From NCBI GenBank assembly GCA_013823135.1, contig PNLP01000018.1, positions 19,541-83,540 on the forward strand: DNA of 64,000 nucleotides, written 5' to 3'. The DNA comes from Planctomycetaceae bacterium. GTDB lineage: Bacteria > Planctomycetota > Planctomycetia > Gemmatales > Gemmataceae. The notes under the pieces were generated by a model. That model ran no database searches. It saw only the letters and a list, made by a program, of their open reading frames with translations, and had not been told where the DNA came from. Made by a program: the position numbers and the translations under genes. Shown here piece by piece: positions 53,951-62,127 of the stretch (the stretch's first letter is position 1; each line of letters begins with the position of its first letter).

Positions 53951-54019
53951 GGCGAGCGGTGGGCGTGAGCCCACTGTTCAAACTCCGCGAGAACAGTGGG
54001 CTCACGCCCACCGCTCGCC
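53951..54019. repeat. GGCGAGCGG-family hairpin, perfect 29-bp stem, nuoC-nuoD junction
   Basis: ggcgagcggtgggcgtgagcccactgttc (53951-53979) pairs with gaacagtgggctcacgcccaccgctcgcc (53991-54019). It touches the nuoC stop codon. On the mRNA it is followed by AGGAGCGACG-ATG of nuoD. Confidence 0.9.
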
Positions 54020-54525
54020 TAACTATCAGCCCGTGTCACAGTCTCGAAGTTGTGGCGTTCGCCGTAGCCCCGCAGCGGGTAATCCTTCCGCAGCGGGAAC
54101 GCGGTGAACTCGTGTGGCATCAGGATTCGCCGCAGGTCCGGGTGCCCCACGAACTTCACGCCGAACATGTCGAACACTTCGCGTTCCATCCAGTCGGCCG
54201 ACTTCCACAGATCGTAAACCGACGGCAACTCGGGGTCTGGGTCGTTCGCGAACGCCTTCACGAACAGTCGCTCGCCCGTGGTCATGTTCGTCAGACCGTA
54301 GACGATGCCGTAGCGATCGGTGGCACCGGGGTAGTTCAGGTAGTCGATCCCCGCGATGTCCCCGAGCATGTCGAACCCGCACTCGACTTTCAGGCACTTC
54401 AGCAGCGGGAAAATCGTGGCGTACGCCTTCTCGGCCGACAGAATGACGCGCTGGTTGTCGCGGAACGCCGAGGTCGTGAACGCCCCGGAGAACTTCGCAT
54501 TCAGTGTGTCGAGGTACGCGGGCAT
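54019..54525 (-). CDS. nuoC: NADH-quinone oxidoreductase subunit C
   Basis: DIAGIDY, W.SADWMEREVFDMFGVKFVGHPDLRRIL, PLRKDYPL. ATG 54525. Confidence 0.9.
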   Translation of the reverse strand: MPAYLDTLNAKFSGAFTTSAFRDNQRVILSAEKAYATIFPLLKCLKVECGFDMLGDIAGIDYLNYPGATDRYGIVYGLTNMTTGERLFVKAFANDPDPELPSVYDLWKSADWMEREVFDMFGVKFVGHPDLRRILMPHEFTAFPLRKDYPLRGYGERHNFETVTRADS

Positions 54526-54574
54526 GTGAAACCCCACAACGCCCACGGATAGCAATCCGTGGGCTTGAATCGCA

Positions 54575-55174
54575 TCAGTTCAACGGTTTGCGAAACCGCG
54601 TGGCCGTGTTATAGTCGCCGGGAGCCACGATCATCTGATCCGGCCCGAGTTCGTTCGCCAAGGACGTCGGGCCTTCGTAAGTATCGCGGGCCGCGAACTC
54701 GCGGGCGTCGATCGTTCCCGTTCGCTGCACCTTTTCCTGGATGTCGAGCACAGCGCGAATCAGTTGTTCGGGTCGTGGCGGACACCCGGGCACGTACACG
54801 TCCACCGGAATGAAGCGGTCGATCCCCTGCACCACGGCGTAGGTGTCGAACACCCCGCCGCTGGAAGCACAGGCTCCCATGCTGATGCACCACTTCGGTT
54901 CTGGCATTTGCAGCCAGATGCGTTGCATCACGGGAACCATCTTCATCGCCACGCGGCCCGCGACGATCATCAGGTCGCACTGCCGGGGCGAGAACCGCAT
55001 AGCTTCCGAGCCGAAGCGTGCGATGTCGTAGCGACTGCTCGCCGTGGCCATCAGTTCGATGCCGCAGCACGCGGTCGCGAATGGCATCGGCCAGAGGCTG
55101 TGCTTGCGAAGCATGCTCGCAAGCGCGTCCATCTTCGTAACCAGGAAGTCGGGCAGCAGGCCGGTCAGCGCCAC
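54575..55174 (-). CDS. nuoB: NADH-quinone oxidoreductase subunit B
   Basis: [37 protein letters not shown] 55174 gives an N-terminus collinear with Nqo6. The longer ORF to 55315 lies inside nuoA. Confidence 0.9.
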   Translation of the reverse strand: MALTGLLPDFLVTKMDALASMLRKHSLWPMPFATACCGIELMATASSRYDIARFGSEAMRFSPRQCDLMIVAGRVAMKMVPVMQRIWLQMPEPKWCISMGACASSGGVFDTYAVVQGIDRFIPVDVYVPGCPPRPEQLIRAVLDIQEKVQRTGTIDAREFAARDTYEGPTSLANELGPDQMIVAPGDYNTATRFRKPLN

Positions 55175-55605
55175 TGGAACACCCCCCTCTTCCACGAGTA
55201 AACGTAGGCGATCACGAACGTCGTCATGAACACGAGGATTTCGAAGAACGCGATCTTCCCGAACGTCGAGCGCCAGAGTTGGTCGCCGCCGTCGCCGTAA
55301 GCGATCACCGCCCACGGGTAAAGGAATAGCAGTTCGACGTCGAACACCAGGAACAGAATCGCGATCAGGTAAAACTTGATGTCGAACTGCATCCGGGCCG
55401 AGCCGACCGGGTCCATACCCGATTCGTAGGCCATCTGCTTGACCTTCGTCAACTTGCGGGGCTTGAATGGGAACAAATGTGTGGCGGCGATGGTGCCGAC
55501 CGCGAACACAACAGAGAACACGCCATAAATCAGCGCCGGGTAGTAGGCTTCCAGGCTAAACGCCGGCTCAAGCCCTGCTGCTGTCTGCACCGGGGGAACG
55601 GTCAT
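55165..55605 (-). CDS. nuoA: NADH-quinone oxidoreductase subunit A
   Basis: [39 protein letters not shown]. Confidence 0.9.
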   Translation of the reverse strand: MTVPPVQTAAGLEPAFSLEAYYPALIYGVFSVVFAVGTIAATHLFPFKPRKLTKVKQMAYESGMDPVGSARMQFDIKFYLIAILFLVFDVELLFLYPWAVIAYGDGGDQLWRSTFGKIAFFEILVFMTTFVIAYVYSWKRGVFQWR

Positions 55606-55630
55606 GGAACGTGCCCTCCCGCCCTATCCT

Positions 55631-55646
55631 TGTGAATTCTTTCACA
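55631..55646. promoter_or_regulatory. perfect TGTGA-N6-TCACA palindrome (Crp/Fnr-family-type operator) at the predicted nuo +1
   Basis: tgtgaattctttcaca, embedded in the 8-bp inverted repeat cttgtgaa-ttct-ttcacaag (55629-55648), 24-43 nt upstream of the nuoA start. Confidence 0.4.
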
Positions 55647-55649
55647 AGC

Positions 55650-55677
55650 ATACTACGAAAGCGCGTAGGTGCGTCAA
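55650..55677 (-). promoter_or_regulatory. candidate sigma70-type promoter of the nuo operon (TTGACG-N16-TAGTAT)
   Basis: The minus strand reads ccTTGACGcacctacgcgctttcgTAGTATgcttgtgaa, ending ~45 nt upstream of the nuoA ATG. Motif match only. Confidence 0.35.
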
Positions 55678-55770
55678 GGAAATGCTTGTCGTCACAACGA
55701 TTACCCACAGGTTCCCCACGCCCAATGCAGCCAACGATCGGGAAATGTCAAGCAGCAGGTGAGAGAGATT

Positions 55771-55952
55771 TTGATTCCGGGCGAGATGCACACCCCTCTC
55801 CGGAACCATTCCATTCGTCCGGAAGAAAGTTCATGAGAACAATTTCAGCACCCGCAGAACCTCATGAAGTGATTCACCAGCCATCAGATAGGCATTCGGC
55901 ACGTTGCCTCGCAGCGGAGTTCATCTCCGGGTCCACGTCCGAATCATGCGAG
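55771..55952. repeat. conserved ~182-nt noncoding element, copy B (candidate structured RNA)
   Basis: Same orientation as copy A. Lies between the predicted nuo promoter and the lipoprotein promoter. Confidence 0.6.
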
Positions 55953-56003
55953 GCATGAACAGATTGCCACCACAGAACGGATCTTCGTTACCAGTTCTCC
56001 AAC

Positions 56004-56032
56004 TTGACGCGCTGCCGCGCGATAGAAAGAAT
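56004..56032 (+). promoter_or_regulatory. candidate promoter TTGACG-N17-AAGAAT for lipoprotein paralog 1
   Basis: The 20-nt core tgccgcgcgatagaaagaat is identical to that at 56837-56856. Lies ~60 nt upstream of ATG 56094. Confidence 0.4.
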
Positions 56033-56093
56033 GGGGGTGTTGATCCCACCCCGATTCGCGTCCGGTTCGAGTCTTCCCTTCCGAGAAGTCAAC

Positions 56094-56699
56094 ATGCTCC
56101 CGAATGCTTGCCGCCCCAGCCGTCGCGGTTGGTTCGTTTTCGTACTGCCGTGCCTGTTCGCCCTCGGCTGCGGTGGCTCCGATGAACCCACCAGGCGGTC
56201 GAAAGAGGCGAAGACGGATGAGACCAAGAAGCCGGACGAGCCGAAGACCCCGAGCGACGCGAAGGTGCGGTTGCTGGGCGCGCTCATCCCCGTGGGCGAC
56301 GGGACTAACTACTTTGTTAAGTTCGTCGGCCCCATCGAGAAGATCGACGCGAACGAGAAAGACTTCGATGCGTTCCTGAACTCGATCCGCGTGCCGGGTG
56401 AAGGCGGCAAGCCGATTAGTTGGACCGTCCCAGCCGGGTGGAAGGAAGGGCCAGCGCGCCAGATGCGGATCATCACCCTCCAGAAGGGCGACGGCACCCC
56501 GGACCTGTACCTGTCCGACCCGTTCGGCGGCACGCCGCTCATGAACGTGAACCGCTGGATCGGCGAGGTTGGGCTCAAGCCGGTTACGGAAGCCGACCTG
56601 CCCGGACTCTCGAAGGAAGTGACCTTGGGCGCAGCGAAGGCGGCGCGAGTCGATTTCCGCGGACCGGGTGGAAAGAGCGGCATGGGCATGGGCAAATAA
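56094..56699 (+). CDS. hypothetical lipoprotein, paralog 1 (Met-rich tail)
   Basis: MLPNACRPSRRGWFVFVLPCLFALGC lipobox. Shares ISWTVPAGWKEG, NVNRW and VDFRGPG blocks with the next gene. C-terminus GKSGMGMGK. Confidence 0.65.
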   Translation: MLPNACRPSRRGWFVFVLPCLFALGCGGSDEPTRRSKEAKTDETKKPDEPKTPSDAKVRLLGALIPVGDGTNYFVKFVGPIEKIDANEKDFDAFLNSIRVPGEGGKPISWTVPAGWKEGPARQMRIITLQKGDGTPDLYLSDPFGGTPLMNVNRWIGEVGLKPVTEADLPGLSKEVTLGAAKAARVDFRGPGGKSGMGMGK

Positions 56700-56706
56700 T
56701 CAATGA

Positions 56707-56791
56707 GGCGAGCGGGGAACGTAAGTCCCCTGATTGTTGCGAGGCACCTGAGTGTTTCGAAGGATCTGGGGACTTACGTCCCTCGCTCGCC
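56707..56791. repeat. GGCGAGCGG-family hairpin (24-nt arms, 2 mismatches, 37-nt loop)
   Basis: ggcgagcggggaacgtaagtcccc pairs with ggggacttacgtccctcgctcgcc. Lies between the two lipoprotein paralogs. Confidence 0.8.
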
Positions 56792-56827
56792 AAAGGCCAA
56801 AGCGACACGTGGTCTGCTGTCTCCGGC

Positions 56828-56856
56828 TTGACGGCGTGCCGCGCGATAGAAAGAAT
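56828..56856 (+). promoter_or_regulatory. candidate promoter TTGACG-N17-AAGAAT for lipoprotein paralog 2 / resB / ccsA
   Basis: Same hexamers and spacing as 56004-56032. Lies ~70 nt upstream of ATG 56928. Confidence 0.4.
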
Positions 56857-56927
56857 CAAGGGATGCTTCCCCCGCCACGAATCGCCCGGCTGGCGATCCC
56901 GACAGATCCTCCCCGAGACGCCACGCA

Positions 56928-57554
56928 ATGACCGCCCGTTCTGTCCGGTGGGTTTTGTTCGCCATATTGCTCGCACCCGGGTGCTCCGAGCCTGAAGCCA
57001 TTCGCGTGCTCGACGAGCCCAGCAACCGCCCGCCCGTCAAGACCATCCCCGCGGAGCAGAAACGCTTCCGCACACTCGCGGCGATGGTTCCCAGTGATTC
57101 CATCGGCGAAGGCGGCCCCAACTGGTGGGTGTTCAAGCTCAGCGGCCCAACGGCTGTCGTCACGAAGTACGAGGCCAATTTCAACGCCCTCGTCGACTCG
57201 GTGAAGGCCAGTTCCGATCCGGGGCAGCCAATTAACTGGACACTGCCCAGCGGATGGACCAAGGGTGGAGAACGCGAGATGCGCTACGCCACGCTCGTTG
57301 CACCTGAGGGTGCGTGCGAGATCGCGGTGAGTCGTGCGTCCGGCACCTTGTTCGCGAACGTGAACCGCTGGTACGTTCAACTCTGCGGTCGGGAAAACGA
57401 GAAAGACGTGACGCCCGCCAACCTGTTCGACGTCGCCCGGAAGCGGATGGTGAACGGCCGGTTCATCGTTCAGGTGGATTTTGCCGGCCCCAACGATCCG
57501 AACGCGGGCATGGCCAAGATGCCAAACCCGCACAACCCACACGGGGGGAACTGA
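56928..57554 (+). CDS. hypothetical lipoprotein, paralog 2 (Met/His-rich tail), adjacent to resB
   Basis: MTARSVRWVLFAILLAPGC lipobox. INWTLPSGWTKG, NVNRW, VDFAGPN. C-terminus GMAKMPNPHNPHGGN. Its TGA stop lies 1 nt before the resB ATG. Confidence 0.65.
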   Translation: MTARSVRWVLFAILLAPGCSEPEAIRVLDEPSNRPPVKTIPAEQKRFRTLAAMVPSDSIGEGGPNWWVFKLSGPTAVVTKYEANFNALVDSVKASSDPGQPINWTLPSGWTKGGEREMRYATLVAPEGACEIAVSRASGTLFANVNRWYVQLCGRENEKDVTPANLFDVARKRMVNGRFIVQVDFAGPNDPNAGMAKMPNPHNPHGGN

Positions 57555-57555
57555 G

Positions 57556-58866
57556 ATGAGCACCACCCTCGACGCGCCCGCTGGCGCCGAATCTCCCGAA
57601 CGACAACCCGCCCGCCACACGACACCGGTCGCCTGGAAGGTTCTGCGGCCGCTCGCCTCGCTGCAACTCACGGTCGTCCTGTTCAGCCTGTCGATGGCAC
57701 TGGTGTTCTTCGGAACGCTGGCCCAGGTCGATAAGGGGATCTGGACTGTCGTCGATGAATACTTCCGCTCGTGGTACGTGAAAGTGCCCGTGAAGCTGAT
57801 CGCGATGTTTGGCTGGAAGTTCTTCGAGGTTCCTGGCCCGGAAGCCTCCGACCCGACGAGCCCGACCGTGTGGACCGGGTGGTTCCCCCTGCCCGGCGGT
57901 TGGCTCCTTGGCGGCGTGATGCTGGCGAACCTCATCGCGGCGCACCTCGTGCGGTTCAAGTTCTCCTGGCGGCGGGCCGGGATCATAACGATTCACTTTG
58001 GCGTGATCCTGATGATGGTCGGCGAACTGGTCACGGGCCTGTACGCGGTGGAATCCCGCATGGTGCTTCAGGTCGGCGAAGGGACGAACTTCATCGACCA
58101 CTCGCGGAAGGTGGAACTCGTCTTCACGGACGCAGCGGGCCAGAGCGTGACCGTGCCGCAAAGCCTGCTCCAGTCCAGCGGAATCATCTCGAACGCTCAG
58201 TTGCCCGTCGATGTGGAAGTGGTGGAGTTCTACAAGAACACCGACCTCCTCCCCGCGGGTGGTGGCGACGACCTCGACGGAGTCGTGCGGTTCGATGGCA
58301 TCCGGTTCAAGGTGGTGCCAACCTCCGAAGGAACCGGCGTGAAGTCGGAACGTGAGGACGCCGCTGCCGTGCGTGTCAAGTTCCTCAAGAAGGGAACCAG
58401 CGAAGTGCTGGCCGAACGGCTCCTCTCGCTGTGGCAGTACGACAACTACACCGGCAGGCAGTACCTGTGCGTGCTGCCGCAGGTCGCGAGTGACGGGAAA
58501 ACCTATCAGGTTCAACTCCGGAACGAGCGGATCGTGAAGCCGTACACGGTCGAATTGAACCAGTTCGAGCACAAGCAGTACACCGGCACGACCATGGCGA
58601 AGGACTTCGCCAGTACGGTTCACCTTGTCGATCCGCAGACGGGCGAAGACCGGCAGGTCCGCATCTCGATGAACGACCCGCTGCGGCACCGCGGCGAGAC
58701 GTTCTACCAGCACCAGACGATCTTCGGCGACACAGGCACGGTGTTGCAGGTCGTGAAGAACCCCGGCTGGTTGCTGCCGTACCTCTCGTGCGTGATTGTC
58801 GCGGTTGGAATGCTCGCCCACTTCGGGATGAATCTGGCCAAGTTCACCAGTCGGAGGGCAGCATGA
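57556..58866 (+). CDS. resB: cytochrome c biogenesis protein ResB/Ccs1 (System II)
   Basis: N-terminal TM LASLQLTVVLFSLSMALVFFGTLAQ, a large periplasmic domain and a C-terminal TM. ATGA overlap with ccsA. Confidence 0.8.
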   Translation: MSTTLDAPAGAESPERQPARHTTPVAWKVLRPLASLQLTVVLFSLSMALVFFGTLAQVDKGIWTVVDEYFRSWYVKVPVKLIAMFGWKFFEVPGPEASDPTSPTVWTGWFPLPGGWLLGGVMLANLIAAHLVRFKFSWRRAGIITIHFGVILMMVGELVTGLYAVESRMVLQVGEGTNFIDHSRKVELVFTDAAGQSVTVPQSLLQSSGIISNAQLPVDVEVVEFYKNTDLLPAGGGDDLDGVVRFDGIRFKVVPTSEGTGVKSEREDAAAVRVKFLKKGTSEVLAERLLSLWQYDNYTGRQYLCVLPQVASDGKTYQVQLRNERIVKPYTVELNQFEHKQYTGTTMAKDFASTVHLVDPQTGEDRQVRISMNDPLRHRGETFYQHQTIFGDTGTVLQVVKNPGWLLPYLSCVIVAVGMLAHFGMNLAKFTSRRAA

Positions 58867-60881
58867 ACCGCTACGCCAAGCTCTTCCCGTGGTTGGTCCT
58901 CGGCCTGTTCTCGCTGTGGGCCGTCGGCAAGATGATGCCGAAGAAGGAAACGTACCGCGACTTCAACCTGACGCAGTTCGGGTCGATCCCCGTGCTGGAC
59001 GGCGGCCGGTTGAAGCCGCTCGATTCCGTGGCCCGCACCAACATGCTGTTCATCAGCGGGCGTTCGGAGTTCGAGGATCTCGAAGGGAACATGCAGCCCG
59101 CCATTCTCTGGCTGCTGGAAGTGCTCGCGGCGGGCGACGCAAACGCCACTCCGGGGTGCGACTACAAGGTCTTCCGCATCGACAACGAGCAACTGCTCGG
59201 CGAACTCGGCCTGGAATATCGGCCGGGATCTTACCGCTATTCGTGGAACGAACTCCGCAAGACGGCCGACCGCTTCGACAAGGTGTTCATCGCGGCTCAG
59301 ATGAAGGAAGAGAAGAAGGATCGCGGCGAGAAAGTTCCTGAGGAAGTTCGCGATATCTTCCACGGCAAGGTGATCGAACTCGGTCGCCGACTGCGAGCCT
59401 ACGAGCGACTGTCGAGCCGCGACAACCTGACCATCGTTCCCAAGGAACAGGGGAGCGAGACGTGGCTGACACTTGCGGATGTGGATGACCTCGCGGGCCA
59501 GCCATTCGCAAAGGAAGCCCGCGCGCAGGCGAGCAAGGAACTGATCGCCGACATGCAGGCACGCGGGATGGACCCGAACGAGATGACCCCAGCGGTCGAG
59601 GCGGCAGTGCGGCGAGACCTGGAACGCCGGGTGAAGCTCCGCCTGCGAGCGATCGGCACGCGGGAACGTAAGTCTGTGTCGGAGTCGGCCGCGGCGTTCG
59701 GCGACATCCTGAACGACTTCAAGGCCAACAAGCCGACGGCGTTCTCGGAAGCGATCGCCGATTACAAGGCGGACTACGTCTACCCGCTGAACCCCACCCT
59801 TCGGAACACGACCAAGTTCGAGCAGGAGTTCAACTACGCCGCCCCGTTCTACTACGCGGCGTTCTTCTACATCTTCGCGGGGATCTGCAGCGCCCTGAGT
59901 TGGCTCGGCTGGTCGGAACCGTTCCGCCGAGCCGGGGTAAACCTGGCACTCGCGGCACTCGTGCTCACGGCTGCGGGGTTGCTCGGCCGCATGTACATCA
60001 TGGGCCGACCGCTCGTGTTCGTGACGAACCTCTATTCCTCGGCACTCCTCATCGGAGCGGGTGCGGTCGGCGCGTGCCTCTACCTGGAAAAGCTGTTCCG
60101 CAACGGCGTCGGGCTGGTTGTGGGCACGACGATCGGTGCCGTGACGGTGAAGATCGCCCACCACCTTTCGACAGACGGGAACGACACGCTCGGCATGTTG
60201 GTCGCGGTGCTGGACACGAACTTCTGGCTCGCGTCGCACGTGACCACGGTCACGCTCGGTTACGCGGCGACCTACATCGCCGGGTTCCTCGGCGTGACGT
60301 ACATCCTGTGGGGGCTGTTCTTCACGACGCTGACCAAGGAAAAGCACATCGCCGTGGGGAACATGATCTACGGCATCACGTGCTTCGCCACGATGCTGAG
60401 CTTCGTTGGCACCGTGCTGGGCGGCATCTGGGCCGATCAATCGTGGGGCCGCTTCTGGGGCTGGGACCCGAAGGAGAACGGTGCCGTTCTGATCGTGATC
60501 TGGAACTCGCTGATCCTGCACGCCCGCTGGGCTGGCATGGTGAAGCAACGCGGCATGGCGGTCCTGGCCGTCGTGGGGATCATGGTCACGACCTGGAGTT
60601 GGTTCGGCACGAACCAACTCGGCGTCGGGCTCCACAACTACGGCTTCAACAAGTCGCTGGCCGACGGTTGCAAGTGGACGTGGATCCTCTCGATGATGGT
60701 GATCGCCATCGGCTCGATTCCCCTGCGGTACTGGCGCAGCTTCGCGGAGACGGGTGAACCCCGCGCTCTGGTGACCACGACGCTGCCTGTGTCCGTGCCG
60801 GTCGCCGGCCCGACGCTTCCGGTGACAGCAGCGCCTGCCGCGCCGCCCGCTCAGGGGAAGAAGACCGGCAAGAAGCGCTGA
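58863..60881 (+). CDS. ccsA: cytochrome c biogenesis protein CcsA/ResC with ~300-aa extra domain after TM1
   Basis: Trp-rich heme-handling motif WADQSWGRFWGWDPKENGA with flanking His residues, and 8+ TM segments. Residues ~25-325 are soluble and charged. Confidence 0.85.
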   Translation: MNRYAKLFPWLVLGLFSLWAVGKMMPKKETYRDFNLTQFGSIPVLDGGRLKPLDSVARTNMLFISGRSEFEDLEGNMQPAILWLLEVLAAGDANATPGCDYKVFRIDNEQLLGELGLEYRPGSYRYSWNELRKTADRFDKVFIAAQMKEEKKDRGEKVPEEVRDIFHGKVIELGRRLRAYERLSSRDNLTIVPKEQGSETWLTLADVDDLAGQPFAKEARAQASKELIADMQARGMDPNEMTPAVEAAVRRDLERRVKLRLRAIGTRERKSVSESAAAFGDILNDFKANKPTAFSEAIADYKADYVYPLNPTLRNTTKFEQEFNYAAPFYYAAFFYIFAGICSALSWLGWSEPFRRAGVNLALAALVLTAAGLLGRMYIMGRPLVFVTNLYSSALLIGAGAVGACLYLEKLFRNGVGLVVGTTIGAVTVKIAHHLSTDGNDTLGMLVAVLDTNFWLASHVTTVTLGYAATYIAGFLGVTYILWGLFFTTLTKEKHIAVGNMIYGITCFATMLSFVGTVLGGIWADQSWGRFWGWDPKENGAVLIVIWNSLILHARWAGMVKQRGMAVLAVVGIMVTTWSWFGTNQLGVGLHNYGFNKSLADGCKWTWILSMMVIAIGSIPLRYWRSFAETGEPRALVTTTLPVSVPVAGPTLPVTAAPAAPPAQGKKTGKKR

Positions 60882-60894
60882 CGCAATTCCATAG

Positions 60895-60958
60895 GTTAAG
60901 CGACGGTCCCAGCGGGACCGTTTCGAGTCGGCGGTCCCGTTGGGGCCGCCGCTAAACG
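60895..60958. repeat. CGTTTAGC...GCTAAACG-family three-way element (ccsA / Gfo-Idh-MocA spacer)
   Basis: Outer stem gttaagcg/cgctaaac (1 mismatch). Inner hairpins acggtcccagcgggaccgt and ggcggtcccgttggggccgcc. Confidence 0.85.
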
Positions 60959-60985
60959 TCGTATGCTCACACGGAGCCTCTTCCC

Positions 60986-62116
60986 ATGTCGTCCGACCGC
61001 AAAGTTCGCGTGGCTATCGTCGGCCTCGGGTTCGGTGCCGAGTTCATCCCCATCTACCAGGCGCACCCCAACGCCGAGATGTACGCCGTCTGCCGCCGCG
61101 ACAAGGCCGAACTCGAACGCGCTGCCAAGCAGTTCGGCATCCCCAAGGCGTACACCGACTACGACGAACTCCTCAAAGACCCGAACGTGGACGCGGTCCA
61201 CATCAACAGCCCGATCCCCGATCACGCAGCACAGACGATCAAGGCACTGAAAGCCGGCAAGCACGTCGCCTGCACGGTGCCGATGGCCACGACGAAGGCC
61301 GAGATCAAGGAGATCGTCGAACTTCAACGCAAGGTCGGCAAGACCTACATGATGATGGAAACGGTCGTCTACAGCCGCGAGTATCTGTTCGCGAAAGACC
61401 TGTACGACCGCGGCGTGCTCGGCCGCATCCAGTTCCTTCGCGGCAGTCACCAGCAAGACATGGACGGCTGGCCGGGTTACTGGCCGGGCCTGCCGCCGAT
61501 GTGGTACGCGACGCACTGCGTCAGCCCGTGCCTCGCGGTGTTGAGCGACCCCGCGAACGGGAAGAACGCACTCGCCGAGAGCGTGGTGTGTCACGGCTCC
61601 GGCCGCATCCGCGAGGAGATGATCGCGAAGTACAACAGTTCGTTCGCGATCGAGACCGCGACGTTCAAGATCAAGGGTTCCGACGTGGTCGCGGAAGTGA
61701 CCCGCAGCCTGTTCGACACGGCCCGGCAGTACCGCGAGAGCTTCGACGTGACGGCGAGTAACGTGAGCTTCGAGTGGCAGCAGGTGGAAGGCGAAGAGCC
61801 CGTGCTGCACATGCGGGGGCTGCCCGAGGCACAGATCCCGCGACGGGTGAAGGTGCCGGACTTCGCGGGCCGCTTGCCCGAAGGCATCCGCAAGTTCACG
61901 GGCGCGATCCACGACGCGACGCACCTGAGCTTCCTGCAAGGGGCCGGGCACGGCGGCAGCCACCCTCACCTGACGCACAACTTCCTGATGGCCGTGCTGG
62001 GCGAGCAGCCCGCGTTCCCGGACGCCCCGACGAGCGCGAACTGGACGCTAGTGGGGATCTGTGCTCACGAGAGCGCAATGAAGGGCGGCGAGCGCGTCGA
62101 GATTCCGATGTATTGA
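60986..62116 (+). CDS. Gfo/Idh/MocA-family oxidoreductase
   Basis: VRVAIVGLGFGAEFIPIYQAHPNAEMYAVCRRD Rossmann N-terminus and the typical length. Confidence 0.85.
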   Translation: MSSDRKVRVAIVGLGFGAEFIPIYQAHPNAEMYAVCRRDKAELERAAKQFGIPKAYTDYDELLKDPNVDAVHINSPIPDHAAQTIKALKAGKHVACTVPMATTKAEIKEIVELQRKVGKTYMMMETVVYSREYLFAKDLYDRGVLGRIQFLRGSHQQDMDGWPGYWPGLPPMWYATHCVSPCLAVLSDPANGKNALAESVVCHGSGRIREEMIAKYNSSFAIETATFKIKGSDVVAEVTRSLFDTARQYRESFDVTASNVSFEWQQVEGEEPVLHMRGLPEAQIPRRVKVPDFAGRLPEGIRKFTGAIHDATHLSFLQGAGHGGSHPHLTHNFLMAVLGEQPAFPDAPTSANWTLVGICAHESAMKGGERVEIPMY

Positions 62117-62127
62117 TTGGCGATTTC

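Noticed and set aside
55175-55315. N-terminal extension of the nuoB ORF
   Set aside because: It lies inside the nuoA coding region in another frame and is Arg-rich nonsense. GTG 55174 yields an N-terminus collinear with known NuoB/Nqo6.
55611-55958. 115-aa ORF covering copy B of the duplicated 181-nt element
   Set aside because: The homologous frame in copy A hits a stop soon after the conserved block. Nucleotide differences between the copies are mostly non-synonymous (Q/R, V/D, L/P, V/M) rather than third-position. Conservation is better explained at the nucleotide or RNA level.
58704-60635. 643-aa ORF on the minus strand
   Set aside because: It is antisense to ccsA, which carries the WGxxWxWD heme-handling motif. 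This is a shadow ORF.
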